A DNA stretch of 64,000 bases from an uncultured delta proteobacterium (GCA_963743525.1 CAVUQH010000003.1:544001-608000); one strand, 5' to 3'; shown: positions 46,302-62,700, numbered from the stretch's first letter. Notes: generated by a model from the letters alone, not told the origin. Translations and numbers: made by a program.

Positions 46302-46856
46302 ATGTTTTCTAATTGCTGGGTAGGACTGCTGGTCTTCGTCGTGTTGGCGGGCTGGCCTCCACGGGCGGCGGCGGAGCAACCCACGGAGTATCTCCTTTGC
46401 GATGCCGAGGCGCTCGTGGAGGTAGAAGTCCGCCTGGACAGCAATTTACGGCCGGTGGCGGCGCAGATTGTCCGAGTGTATTGGAACGGAACCGGAAGAC
46501 GCATACCCCGCGCGCCAAAGGCGTGGCAGTTCAGGGCCCGTATCGCGGGGAACCTTGGGAACCCAGCGTTGCCGGGTGAGCTGCGCCGGCTGTATGAGCG
46601 CGCTGTCGCCCGGGGTTCGTATCGGGTCATAGTCTGGGGCACCCTCGATGAGGACTCCCGCCAGTTCGTGGTGGCGCCCGGCCAATTCTGGGATTCTCGC
46701 GTGAACTGGCTCGACCATCCCGCTCATCGCATCTGGTGGCGTCTCGTCCAGGCCTTCTTTCGAGCCTATGCGGAGTCAGGAAAGTGTGACGATGATGAGG
46801 TGGACCAGCGTCTACATCGCTTTCGCAGATTCGACGAGAAGCAGTTCCTCCCGTGA
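46302..46856 (+). CDS. Exported protein, candidate immunity protein
   Basis: Signal peptide ending RAAA; 7 bp downstream of the toxin stop. Confidence 0.55.
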   Translation: MFSNCWVGLLVFVVLAGWPPRAAAEQPTEYLLCDAEALVEVEVRLDSNLRPVAAQIVRVYWNGTGRRIPRAPKAWQFRARIAGNLGNPALPGELRRLYERAVARGSYRVIVWGTLDEDSRQFVVAPGQFWDSRVNWLDHPAHRIWWRLVQAFFRAYAESGKCDDDEVDQRLHRFRRFDEKQFLP

Positions 46857-48697
46857 ACGATGACGCGAGGCGTGGTGCGCTGCTCCTTGCTGCGCTTGCA
46901 GTTGGTTTGTGGAGTAGCTGCGGCGCCGGTGTTGTTCCGTCCCCTCGTGCAAGCTCGATTGTGAGGGGCGAGCTTCGCGGCTTGCCCCGCGACGCCCTCG
47001 TTCGTGTTCGGGTAGGGCAAGACTTGATTGACATTCGGGGCGGGGCGTTCACATTTCCATCCGCTCTCGAAGAGAGCGCTCTGGCTGGATTGACCTTCAC
47101 AGACCTCCCGGCAGGGTACGGGTGCGTCCTGGCCAACGTGTCGCGCCCTCAAGTTCTAATCCAGTGTGGGCAGCCTTCGCTATCCCGTTTCAGTTTGGGA
47201 TCTGGCGTGCACGATATTGACGTCCGGCCGGGGAAAACCGAGTACGCGACATGGGCAGACGAAGGTAAGCGGACGCTCACGGCGAGCTCGTCGTTGGCCG
47301 GGGCTTCCGTCTCGATCTCCGGAGGGGCGTTCCGTCCGGGGCGAGCTTCGCGGGATGTGGTGGTTGGCGCCATTCACAACCGCATCGGGGTCCGGGTTCG
47401 CTTTGGCAGCGCAACGCGCGCTTACGTCATCAGGATATATCGCCGCCCGAAGGTTGCTTCCCATACGAAGTTCTCTCTCGTCCCTCTCTCTCCTCGTCTC
47501 TATCCACTGCGTACCGAAGAAGCGTCCGTGTCCCTACGAGGGGCAGCGCTTGCAGTAGGGATCCCGAGAGTTCTAAACCGGATGTCCTGTTGTGGTGCGG
47601 TCGAGGTCTTTCGATCGACGGATGCACAGCAGTGGAAAGCGCTCCAACCGCTGATACATGTACACCCCAACACAGGTCTGTTCGGCGCTTCTGTTGCCCT
47701 CCTACAAGACACGCTGCTCGTAGGCGTGCCTGGCGGAGATATCTCCTTCCGGCAGAAGTACAGTCACGGCGAAGTTAACGTCTATGCTCTGCGTGCCGAT
47801 AATTTGATCAGGAAGGCGACGCTGGTTTCTCCCAACGCCCAATCCTGGGATTGGTTTGGCGCAAGCCTGGCCGCTTCGTCTGGCGGCGGCCGAGTGGTGG
47901 TTGGTGCTCCGTCCGAAGATGGTGACGCGACAGACGATCGTCTTCTCGACAGCGGCGCCGTCTACGTATTTCGACGCGATCCAGACGCGTGGCAGGCAGA
48001 GGCGCGTCTCGCCCCACAACATCCAGAATTCATGGAACGATTCGGACACTCGGTAGCGATTTCCGGGGACACGATCGTGGTAGGTGCTCCCTACCATGAG
48101 GGCAATCCGCAATCGCCTGACGCCGATCTGAGCAGCGCCTCCCTGCCGAGCAGTGGCGCGGCCTATGTGTTTCAACGACGTCAAGGAGCTTGGCGGCAGG
48201 TGGCACGTTTGAAGGCACCTGATGCCCACGAGGGAGACTGGTTTGGCGAGAAGGTAGCTGTTGAGGGCTCTACGATCGCCGTAGGTGCTCCGGGATGCCC
48301 GGGACCTTCCGGACCAACCGAAGACGGGGCCGTCTATTTGTTCACACTCGTGAACGGTACTTGGAAGTTCGAGCAACGCATTGCTTCACCGACGCCCGAG
48401 CGCTTGAAACACTTTGGCTTGCAGGTCGTGATGCAAGACCACAACCTCGTTGTCGGAGCGCCGGGTGGCGCGGCTGGCAGTGTCCATTTGTATCGAGATG
48501 ATACCGGTCGATGGCAGCACGTTCTGCAACTGGATGGGAGCGGGTATGGCCATGGCATTGCGATCGACGACACTCGACTGGTCGTGTTCGGGAAAGAAGG
48601 CCGGGCCGCACGAGTGAACATTTACGATCTCATGCTGCCCCAGCCCAACGCCGTGCCGGCGAGCGAGGAGCGAGGCTCTACCTCTGGGCGACGTTGA
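46853..48697 (+). CDS. FG-GAP repeat lipoprotein
   Basis: WSSC lipobox-like motif; FGASVAL, FGHSVAISGDTIVVGAP, SGAAYVF repeats. Confidence 0.85.
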   Translation: MNDDARRGALLLAALAVGLWSSCGAGVVPSPRASSIVRGELRGLPRDALVRVRVGQDLIDIRGGAFTFPSALEESALAGLTFTDLPAGYGCVLANVSRPQVLIQCGQPSLSRFSLGSGVHDIDVRPGKTEYATWADEGKRTLTASSSLAGASVSISGGAFRPGRASRDVVVGAIHNRIGVRVRFGSATRAYVIRIYRRPKVASHTKFSLVPLSPRLYPLRTEEASVSLRGAALAVGIPRVLNRMSCCGAVEVFRSTDAQQWKALQPLIHVHPNTGLFGASVALLQDTLLVGVPGGDISFRQKYSHGEVNVYALRADNLIRKATLVSPNAQSWDWFGASLAASSGGGRVVVGAPSEDGDATDDRLLDSGAVYVFRRDPDAWQAEARLAPQHPEFMERFGHSVAISGDTIVVGAPYHEGNPQSPDADLSSASLPSSGAAYVFQRRQGAWRQVARLKAPDAHEGDWFGEKVAVEGSTIAVGAPGCPGPSGPTEDGAVYLFTLVNGTWKFEQRIASPTPERLKHFGLQVVMQDHNLVVGAPGGAAGSVHLYRDDTGRWQHVLQLDGSGYGHGIAIDDTRLVVFGKEGRAARVNIYDLMLPQPNAVPASEERGSTSGRR

Positions 48698-48807
48698 CGG
48701 CGCTGGCGCGGTCGCGCTTCTTCTCGTTGAGGTAGACGTCGCGGGCGCCCCAGAACTCGATGGACGTCGAAGGCGGCGGTGGCGGCGGGGTTGACTAGCC
48801 TAGGGGC
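48683..48807 (-). repeat. Degenerate copy of the pgsA-like 3' end
   Basis: VNPAATAAF...EF..ARDVYLNEKKRDRASAVNVAQ with an internal deletion. Confidence 0.88.
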
Positions 48808-49097
48808 TGGGTGGCGATGCCGCGCCGCCGGGCGCGCGGATCGACGACGATGCGCATGTGGCGAACGCCGCCGTCCGGGGCGTCGAGAATGCCAGAGGTG
48901 AGAACGCCGACGATGGCGCCCTCTTCGCGCGCGAGACGGAAGTCGGCGCCGCCGCGGAAGATCGGGTTCGAGGTCATCGCCTCCCACGCTTCGCGCGACA
49001 CCGTGGGCACGGAGTCGTCGCGCTCGTGGACGCCGTCGTAGAACTGCTCGATGAGGGGCGCGTCGTCGCCGGTGTACGGGTCGAGGCGAACGCTCAT
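48795..49097 (-). pseudogene. 3'-truncated GNAT copy
   Basis: MSVRLDPYTGDDAPL...SREAWEAMTSNPIFRGGAD...RRRGIATQ, then breaks off. ATGA-coupled to the pgsA-like gene. Confidence 0.85.
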
Positions 49098-50198
49098 GTC
49101 TGGGCGACGTTGACCGCGCTGGCGCGGTCGCGCTTTTTTTCGTCGAGGTAGACGTCGCGGGCGCGCCAGAACTCGACGGCGACGCCGATCAGGGTGACGG
49201 CGAAGGCGGCGGTGGCGGCGGGGTTGACGAGCTTGGGGGCGCCGAGGTGTTCGGCGAGGAGGGCGGCGGCGAGGAGGGCGGAGGCGCCGAGGACGCGGGC
49301 GGCCCAGGGGGCGGCGCCGGTGCTGCGGCGGTGGTGGGCGTAGAGGTTGTCGAGGCCGCCGACGGCCAGCTCGAGGGCGAGGATGCCGATGAGCGGCCAG
49401 GCCCAGGCGTGGGTTTCCGCGAGGACCGCGAACAACAGTGCCGGCACGGTCATGGCGCCGATCAGGCGGACGGCGTCGGAGCGGTTGAAGTCGCCGCGGC
49501 CGCGCAGCTTGCGCAGGCCGACGACGACGTAGTCGAGGCCGGAGATCCAGGTGATGCCGACGACGGCGTAGAGGATGAGGGACGTCGTCAGCTTGATGTC
49601 GCCGTGTTGTTGCAGGGCGATGAGCGGCGCCTGCAGGAGGCTCATGACGATGGCGCCGCGCCAGACCTTCTTCTTGATCAGGTAGAAGGCGGCCATGGCG
49701 ACCAGCGGGGCGACCATGGCGGCGACCAGGAGGCCGAGGAGGACCTTCGGGGTGGGGGATGAGCAGGACGAACAGCATGACCATGCCGATGCCCTGCATC
49801 TGCGTCCAGGTCTTGACCTTGGCCAGGTAGCTGGTCTTCATCTCCAGGTCGCGCAGCGCGTACGAGGTGCGCAGCGCGGTGACCATCAGCTCGCGGGCGA
49901 ACATCAGCGCCACCGCCCAGGCGGGGAACAGGCCCAGCTGGACGAACGGGATGTAGACGAAGGCGATGAACACCTTGTCGGCGATCGGGTCGATCAGTCC
50001 GCCGAGGATGGTCGGCCCGTGCTTGCGCGCCAGGTAGCCGTCGACGAAGTCGGTGCAGCCGATCAGCGTGCCCAGGACCAGCCCCTGCCAGTAGTACCCG
50101 CTGTAGATCAGCCAGGTGATTCCGGGCATCGGGATCAGCCGCGCAAAGGTCACCATGTTGGCGGTGATGAGCGGCTTCTTGCCGGTTTTCGTGCTCAC
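49094..50198 (-). CDS. CDP-alcohol phosphatidyltransferase (PgsA-like) with C-terminal membrane extension; frameshift ~49750
   Basis: ANMVTFAR, TDFVDGYLARKHG...GGLIDPIADK, AKVKT. One extra base in a homopolymer. Confidence 0.88.
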
Positions 50199-50263
50199 GG
50201 CAGCGGGAACCTAACCCGCCCGGCGCGAGGGGACAACCCGGGACGCCGGCTGGCCGAAAAGCG

Positions 50264-50288
50264 ACGGGGCGGCTCGTGGCCGCCCCGT
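50264..50288 (-). terminator. Intrinsic terminator
   Basis: ACGGGGCGGC-N5-GCCGCCCCGT followed by CGCTTTT on the minus strand. Confidence 0.7.
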
Positions 50289-50311
50289 GCGTTCGGTCTA
50301 TGTCGCGGTCG

Positions 50312-51704
<1,393 letters not shown>

Positions 51705-51736
51705 TCGGGCCTCCTGTGTGGCGACGACTAGGCTAG

Positions 51737-51753
51737 TGCAAGGTTATTGCCAG
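51737..51753 (-). promoter_or_regulatory. Sigma54 -24/-12 promoter
   Basis: CTGGCAATAACCTTGCA (GG-N10-GC). Confidence 0.7.
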
Positions 51754-52066
51754 TCCGCTGCCACACGATTTCAAACAGTTAGCCCGGCTGGGCGGGGCAT
51801 CGAGCCACCGGTGTTGGCGCAAACGCCAACTTCGTTGGCAACTCCGCTTCCGTCCCTCCGGCCCCACGGGCGGGGCGACGCGATACTAGCCCGGCTTTCC
51901 CGGCCAGATCAACGTACGTCACCGGTCGGTCAACAGCAGTCAGCAACGACCCGGCGGCCGTGCGGGGGACGCCGAACGCGGATCAGGCGACCTGGCGTGC
52001 GGCGTGCTACGATTTTCCGCGCTCGATTTTCGCGTGGGAGAGGCATTTTCAGACCGTAGCGATGCC

Positions 52067-53413
<1,347 letters not shown>

Positions 53414-53422
53414 CCGGTTTTC

Positions 53423-53452
53423 TTGACCACCTGCCCAAACCGACGGTAGCAT
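53423..53452 (+). promoter_or_regulatory. Sigma70-like promoter of pilM
   Basis: TTGACC-N18-TAGCAT. Confidence 0.5.
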
Positions 53453-53528
53453 GTAGGATAAGGTCACACAGTGTAGGTCGAGGTCGGAGCGAAATCGCTC
53501 TTAACTAACGGAAAACAAAGCGAGAACC

Positions 53529-54575
<1,047 letters not shown>

Positions 54576-54594
54576 GAACCGAGGCGACCAACCG

Positions 54595-55236
54595 ATGATC
54601 AAGATCAACCTACTCGCGCAGCGAAAGCGGGGCGGCCGAGGGGATCGCGCACAGCAGGAGATCATGCTCGGCGTGCTGCTGATCATCGCCGCCGGCGTGC
54701 TGGTCTGGCTGTTCATCCAGCGGCCGTTGGGCAACGAGATCTCCGACATCAAGGAGACCAACGCCAAGCTCAACTCGCAGAACCAGATCCTGCAGGGGAA
54801 GCTCAAGGACGAGAAGATGATCCAGGCCGCCGTCAAGCAGCTCGAAGAGCGCGAGGCGTCGATCACCGAGCTGCAGCAGGCACAGGCGACGCCCGCGTAC
54901 ATGTTGCGCGAGCTGTCCCGGCTGATGACCGCGAACCGGCTGCCGACCATGACCGACGAGATGCGCAAGGAGGTCGAGGGCGGCAGCTTGCTGCGCAAGT
55001 TCTCCACCGAGTGGGATCCGAAGCACGCGTGGATCACCTCGTTCGAGGAGAAGAAGGGCGACTTCACCCTCAAGGGCGGCGCCCAGTCCGACGGTGACGT
55101 GACCCAGCTGGCCAAGCGGCTCGAGGCCTCGGTCTACTTCCAGAACGTGGTCTCCCAGGGCGCCACCGAGGTCGAGGACCACAACAGCGGCATCACCTAC
55201 TTCCAGTTCACCATCACCGGAAAGGTCGTCTACTGA
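54595..55236 (+). CDS. pilN: PilN
   Basis: MIKINLL motif, TM, position in operon. Confidence 0.92.
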   Translation: MIKINLLAQRKRGGRGDRAQQEIMLGVLLIIAAGVLVWLFIQRPLGNEISDIKETNAKLNSQNQILQGKLKDEKMIQAAVKQLEEREASITELQQAQATPAYMLRELSRLMTANRLPTMTDEMRKEVEGGSLLRKFSTEWDPKHAWITSFEEKKGDFTLKGGAQSDGDVTQLAKRLEASVYFQNVVSQGATEVEDHNSGITYFQFTITGKVVY

Positions 55237-56057
55237 TGGCACCTCCCAAGAAGGCCGGTGCGCTGGCGCAGTTCAGCAAGCTGTCACCGGTGATGAAGCT
55301 GTTGGTGCTCATCATCGTGATGGGGCTGGTGTTCCTCGTCTACTGGCAGTTCGTCTACTCCGACCTGCGCGCCGAGAAGAAGTCCGAGGAGGACCAGCGG
55401 TCGTCGCTGCTCGGACAGCAGGCCGGCCTGCACAAGCGCGTCGACGACCTGGTGACGCTCAAGGACAAGCGCGACAAGCTGCAGGAGAAGGCGGCCAACA
55501 TCGAGTTCGCGCTGCCGTCCAACCCCGAGATCAACTCGTTCCTCGACGACCTGCAGACCAAGGCCGGCGTCGCCCAGGTGTCGTTCAAGAGCTGGAAGCA
55601 GGAGAAAGAGCTCCACGTTGACAAGTACGAGAAGATGCCGCTCGAGGTCACCGTCGAGGGCACCTTCTACCAGCTGCTCAAATATTTCTCGCTGCTGGGT
55701 CCGCCCGATGAGCGGGACGAGACGTCGCTCGACGACGGGCCCAAGTTCGACCGCCCGTGCACGGTGGAGAACCTGAAGATCGCCGAGGCGGCGATCCGCA
55801 ACGACGAGATCATCCTGTCGGCGACGTTCACCGCCGCGACCTTCCGGAAAGAGGCTCCCGCGCAGCCGGCTGCCAAGCCGGGAGCGACGCCGGCCAAGAC
55901 CGGCGGCGGTGGCGGTTTTCATGCGCCGGGGCAGGCTCCGCCCAAGAACATCGTCGACAAGGCCAAGCAGGACGTGAAGACGAACGAGAACAAGGAAGCG
56001 AAGACCGTCAAGGACGACATCAATAGCGCCACCAAGGCGCCGGGGGCCAAACAATGA
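55236..56057 (+). CDS. pilO: PilO
   Basis: TM, coiled coil, LPSNPEI, VEGTFYQL. Confidence 0.9.
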   Translation: MAPPKKAGALAQFSKLSPVMKLLVLIIVMGLVFLVYWQFVYSDLRAEKKSEEDQRSSLLGQQAGLHKRVDDLVTLKDKRDKLQEKAANIEFALPSNPEINSFLDDLQTKAGVAQVSFKSWKQEKELHVDKYEKMPLEVTVEGTFYQLLKYFSLLGPPDERDETSLDDGPKFDRPCTVENLKIAEAAIRNDEIILSATFTAATFRKEAPAQPAAKPGATPAKTGGGGGFHAPGQAPPKNIVDKAKQDVKTNENKEAKTVKDDINSATKAPGAKQ

Positions 56058-56809
56058 GCGCTCGCCGTGCCACCCTGTGGGTTTCGCTGGCCGCGCTGCT
56101 GGTGGCCGGCTGCGGCGACGACAGCGGCAGCTCGGCTCCGCCGCCGCAAGCGCCGCCGGCGGCTTCCAACCAGCGCGCCAACACCGCGGCGGCCGCGCGC
56201 CGGGGCAAGAACGGCAAGGTAATGCCGCTCAAGCTGTACACCAAGGTCGAAGAGGTCGTCCCCGAGGCCGAGGCGGCGACCATTCGCCAGCCGTTCACCG
56301 TCCGCGACTTCGCGCCCGACGTCACCGGCAACGACAACCGCGATCCGTTCCGCTCGTACGTGGTTCGGCAGACGACCAACAACGCGCTGAACACCCAGGG
56401 TGGCGTCACCGTGGCGACCACCGAGATCTGCACCGAGAAGAACATGGTCGCGCCCAACCCGCGGGCCAAGGACCCGCGGGCGCGCAAGTCGTACTCGCTG
56501 CGCGACCTTCGGCTGATGGGCATCGTCATGCGCGGTACCCGCGGCTACGCGATCTTCCGCGACCCCAGCGGCTACGGCCACCTGGTGGTCAAGGGCGACT
56601 GTTTGGGCAAGGAAAAGGCGCGGGTCACCGTGATCGGCGCGCACCTGGTCAAGGTCGAGGTCATGCCAGAGCCCGGCCCCAACCAGGTCAGTCAGGAACC
56701 GCAGGAGCGGAAGTTCGAGCTGTATCAGGACGAGCTTCCGCTGGATGACGAGGACGTGGGAGACGAGGCGTCGAGTAGCAGCAGTAGCAGCAGCAAGAAG
56801 GCGGACTGA
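56054..56809 (+). CDS. pilP: PilP lipoprotein
   Basis: VAGC lipobox, RDPF, LRLMGIV...DPSGYG. Confidence 0.9.
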   Translation: MSARRATLWVSLAALLVAGCGDDSGSSAPPPQAPPAASNQRANTAAAARRGKNGKVMPLKLYTKVEEVVPEAEAATIRQPFTVRDFAPDVTGNDNRDPFRSYVVRQTTNNALNTQGGVTVATTEICTEKNMVAPNPRAKDPRARKSYSLRDLRLMGIVMRGTRGYAIFRDPSGYGHLVVKGDCLGKEKARVTVIGAHLVKVEVMPEPGPNQVSQEPQERKFELYQDELPLDDEDVGDEASSSSSSSSKKAD

Positions 56810-57101
56810 AGCAAAGGCCAAGAACCAGCGAGCGCGTGTGCGCGCGTCCCGGCGGTATCCCGTTTGGACGCTCGCAACGGCCAGTCAGCGGCGGGCATCC
56901 CCGCCCCGGTCAGGCGGCGCGCAGAAAGGTTCCTGGCGATCTCGACCAAAAAGTGGATCTGCCGAAAAAGCCCAGGCGATAATTCGAATCTGAAGAAGGC
57001 GAACGCCGCGCAGGATGGCGTTGCGTCGAGCGGGGGCTGGCCCCCGAACGGGTGAAGTGCGCCCGAAACACCGCGGTTTCGCGGTGCCGAGGAGTGATCT
57101 C

Positions 57102-60100
57102 ATGTCGACAATCAAGGTTTCGAGCCGTGTTGTAGCCGCGCTGGTCTGCGCGTCTGCGCTCTTTGCCTGGCCGGCGGCGGCCCGCGCAGGGAAGAACACG
57201 ATCCGTTCCGTGGACAGCACGGACGTCGGCGGCACGACGAAGATCCTGGTACGCGGCAGCAGCACGCCGACCTTCACCGTGTACAAGCTGGAGCGTCCCG
57301 CGCGCGTCGTAGTCGACATCGCCAGCTCGCAGATGTCCAGCCAGTTGGCGGCCGACGACGGCAAGTCGACCTGGCGGATCAATTCGTGGTCGGTAGGCGA
57401 CGTCGCCATGCACCCGCTGGCCGGCGCCGGCGCGTCGGTGACCCGGGTGGTGGTCGACCTGGCGCGCCCCGCCACCTACAAGGTGAAGGCCCAGGGCGAT
57501 GACGTCCTGGTCATCGTCACGCCGCGCGACCCGCCGCCCGTGCGGGCCGACGGATCGGCTGACGTCGCCCGCGCCCGGGCCGAGACTGCGGCCGCGCGCA
57601 AGCGCGCCGCCGAGGCCAGCGCCAGCGCCCAGGCAGCGCAGCGCAGCGCCGCCGCGGCCAAGGCCGAGACCGCCGCGGCCAGGGCCGAGGTCGAGCGCGC
57701 CCGCCGCGCCGCCACCGACGCCGAGCACCGCGCCGCCGCCGAGAAGGCGCGCGCGGCCGATGCCCAGCGCGCCATCGCCGCGGCCAAGGCCGAGGCCGAC
57801 CGCGCCCGCGCCGAGATGACCGAGGCCAAGCAGCGGGCCGAGAAGCAGGTCGCCAGCGCCCGCGCCGAGGCGTCGTCGGCCATGGCCGAGTCGAAGAAGC
57901 GCTCGGCCGAGGCCGAAGCCCGCATGGCCGCCGCCGCCAGGCGTGTCGATGAAGCCAACCGCCGCCTGGCCGAAGTGTCCGCGCTCGAGCGCCGGGCCCA
58001 GAGCGCGGAGTCGACCGCCCGCGCTGCGCTGAAGGAAGCCGCCGATGCGCGCAGCAGCGCAACCGCCGCACAGAAGCTGGCCGAGGCCCGCCGCGCCGAG
58101 GCGGGGAAGGCCGCGGCCGCGGCCAACCGCTATCGCCTCGAAGCGTCGAACGCCAAGACCGATTTCGAAGAAGGCGCGCGCGCTCGAGCAGCGTGCCGCC
58201 GACGCCGCCCGCGAGGCCGAGGCCCGCCGCAAGCGCGCCGAGCAGGCCACCGCCGAGGCCGAGGCCCGTCGCGCCGACGCCGAGAAGGCCGCCGCCGCCG
58301 CCGAGCAGCGCAAGACCGCGGCGACCGCCGCCGCGGCGACCGCCGAGGCCGAGCGCAGCAAGGTCGAACACGCCCGCGAGATCGCCGAGCGCGAGCGGGT
58401 CCACGCCGAGGCCGAGCACGCCGATGCCGAGAAGCGCCGCCAGCTGGCCGAAAACGCCGCCGCCGAAGCGACCCGGCGCGCCGCCGCCGCCCGGGCGCTG
58501 CGCGACAAGGAAGAGGCTGCCTACCGCAAAGCCGCGACCGCCCGCGCCGAGGCCGAGAAGCGCCGGGCAGAGGCCGAGGCAGCCACCGCCCGCCTGAACA
58601 AGTCGATCGACGACGCCCGCATCGCCAAGACCGCCGCCGACACCCGCCGCAAGCAGGCGGTCGCCGCGCGCGAGCACGCCGACGCCGAGAAGCGCCGCGC
58701 CCGGTCGAGCAAGGCCGCCGCTGCCGCCGAGGCCGAGGCCGCCCGCCTGGAGAAGCTGGTCGCCAGCGCCGACAAGGATCTGCTCGCGCGCAAGGCCGAG
58801 GTCGACCGCCGCCGCCGCGAGGCGGCCAAGATCGACGCGCGCCGCGACGCCGCGGCCCGCGACCTGAAGCAGCTCGTCGCCGCCGCCAGCGACGCGCGCA
58901 ACGATCGCCAGGCCGAGGAGGGCAAGCTCGCCGAGCTGTTGCGCCGACGCGCCGACGAAGAGAAGCAGCTCGAGGTTGCGCGCAAGGCCCGACTCGAGGC
59001 CGAGGCGCGCGCCGCCGCGGCGCAGAAGCGGGCCAAGGATGCCGAAGACCGCGCCGCCACCGCCGCGGCCGCCGCCGCCAGGGCCAAGGCCGACATCGCG
59101 CAGACCAGGGCCGCCGCCGCCAGGGCCAAGGCCGACATCGCGCAGACCAGGGCCGCCGCCGCCAGGGCCAAGGCCGCCAGGGCCCGCGTCGCCGCCAAGG
59201 CGGCTCCGGCCACCCGCGTTCGCGACGTCAGCTTCAGCGAGCACGGCGGCGCCGACCGCGTGACCATCGCCCTGTCGGCACCGGCCCATCCGCTGGTGTC
59301 GGCCCGCGGCAACAAGCAGATCCTCGAGCTCCGCGACGCGGCCATCGCCCGCGACCTCGAGCGCACGCTCGACACCCGCAAGTACGGCGGTCCGGTCCGC
59401 GCCGTGTCGTCGTACCGCAGCCGCAAGGATCCGAAGAAGGTGTTCGTCGTCGTCGATCTGGCGGCCAAGGCCAAGAGCCGCCTGGTTCGCGTCGGCAACG
59501 ACTACCACTGGGAGTTCCAGACCACCGGTTCGCGGGTGGCGTCGGCTCAGCGCCAGGCGCCGCGCGCCCACGCGCAGAACATCCCCGCGCCGGTCATCGG
59601 CGGCTACGGCTCGTCGTCCACGCCGGTCGCCCAGCAGACCGTCGCGCAGATCGCGCCGCGCGGTCGCAAGGTCTACCGCGGCACCAAGATCGACCTCGAC
59701 TTCAAGGATGCCGACATCCACAACCTCTTGCGCCTGCTGGCCGATGTCGGCGGCGTCAGCATCGTCATCCCCGACGAGATCAAGTACCGGGTGACGGTGC
59801 GCATGCGCCGGGTGCCGTGGGACCAGGCGCTGGAAGTGATCCTGGCCTCCAAGGGGCTGTGGTACGAGCGCAACGGCAACCTGTTGCGCATCGCGCCGCG
59901 CAAGGATCTCGACGCCGAGGCCCAGGCCGAGGCCGAGCGCCGGGCCGCGTTGATCCAGCAAGAGGTGCCGCAACCCGAGTACGTCACCCTCAACTACGCC
60001 AGCGCCAAGCGGGTCGAGCAGCAGATCAAGCAGATGCTGTCACCCAAGGGGCAGCTGCAGATCGACGAGCGCACCAATACCGTCGTCGTCATCGACGTCA

Positions 60101-60960
60101 AGGCCAACCGCAAGAACATCGCCAGCCTGCTGACCCGGCTCGACACGCCGACGCCGCAGATCCAGATCGAGGCGCGCATCGTCGAGGCGCGGTCGACCTT
60201 CGAGCGCGAGATCGGCGTGCAGTGGGGCGGCAACGCCACCGCCAGTGGCGCGACCGGCAACTCGACCGGCCTGATCTTCCCCAACAGCATCGGCGTCGCC
60301 GGCGGTGGTGAGGACAACCAGACCAACAACAGCGGCGTGGTCGCGCCGTCCGACTTCGCCGTCAACCTGCCGGCGGCGGTCGGAAGCGGCGCCGGTGGCG
60401 CCATCGGCCTGTCGCTGGGATCGGTCGGCGGCAACTTCAACCTCAACCTGCGTCTGTCGGCGCTCGAGGATCAGGGCACGGTGCGCATCGTATCGGCGCC
60501 CAAGATCACGGTGGTCAACAACGTCAAGGCCAAGATCAGCTCGGGTGTATCGATCCCGATCTCGGTCATCTCGGCCAACGGCGTGAACACCCAGTTCGTG
60601 CCCGCCGACCTGTCGCTCGAGGTCACGCCGTCGGTGTCGCAGAAGGACTGCGCCATCACCATGGACGTGTCGATCAAGAAGAACGAGGCCGACTTCGTAA
60701 ACACCGGCGCCCGCGGCGATCCGACCATCCTGCGCAAGGAGGCGAACACCCGCATCCTGGTCGCCGACGGGTCGACCACCGTGGTCGGTGGCATCTACAC
60801 CCGCAACACCGGTCTGTCGTACAGCAAGGTGCCGTTCTTCGGCGACCTGCCGGTGGTCGGATGGTTCTTCAAGAAGCGGCGGGAAAACGACGATCGCACC
60901 GAGCTGCTCGTCTTCATCACGCCGAAGATCACCAACAAGGCTTCGCTTCGCTGCGAATGA
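57102..60960 (+). CDS. pilQ: PilQ secretin with long Ala-rich coiled-coil insertion (frameshift ~58163)
   Basis: AMIN-like PARVVVDI; IDLDFKDADI, VPWDQAL, IDERTN, QIQIEARIVE, VPFFGDLPVVGWFF, ELLVFITP. Confidence 0.92.
59068..59177 (+). repeat. 42-bp coding tandem repeat
   Basis: AAAARAKADIAQTR twice plus a partial third copy. Confidence 0.85.
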
Positions 60961-61005
60961 TCCTCACGCGCCCGAATGCACCGCGCGCGCTATGCTCCCG
61001 CTCGT

Positions 61006-62649
<1,644 letters not shown>

Positions 62650-62700
62650 TTCTTACAACCATGATCTTTGCTTTGATACGATTTACGAGGGAGGACGAGT

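Larger units (their letters stand above)
29982..49093. mobile_element. Mosaic accessory island / insertion hotspot downstream of the pgsA-like gene
   Basis: Visibly lower-GC patches, pseudogenes, Rhs tip, NTase pair, repeated pgsA 3' ends and GNAT copies. No integrase or transposase seen. Confidence 0.7.

Noticed and set aside
42663..49414. Diversity-generating retroelement template/variable repeats
   Set aside because: No reverse transcriptase in the window, and differences between copies are not adenine-specific.
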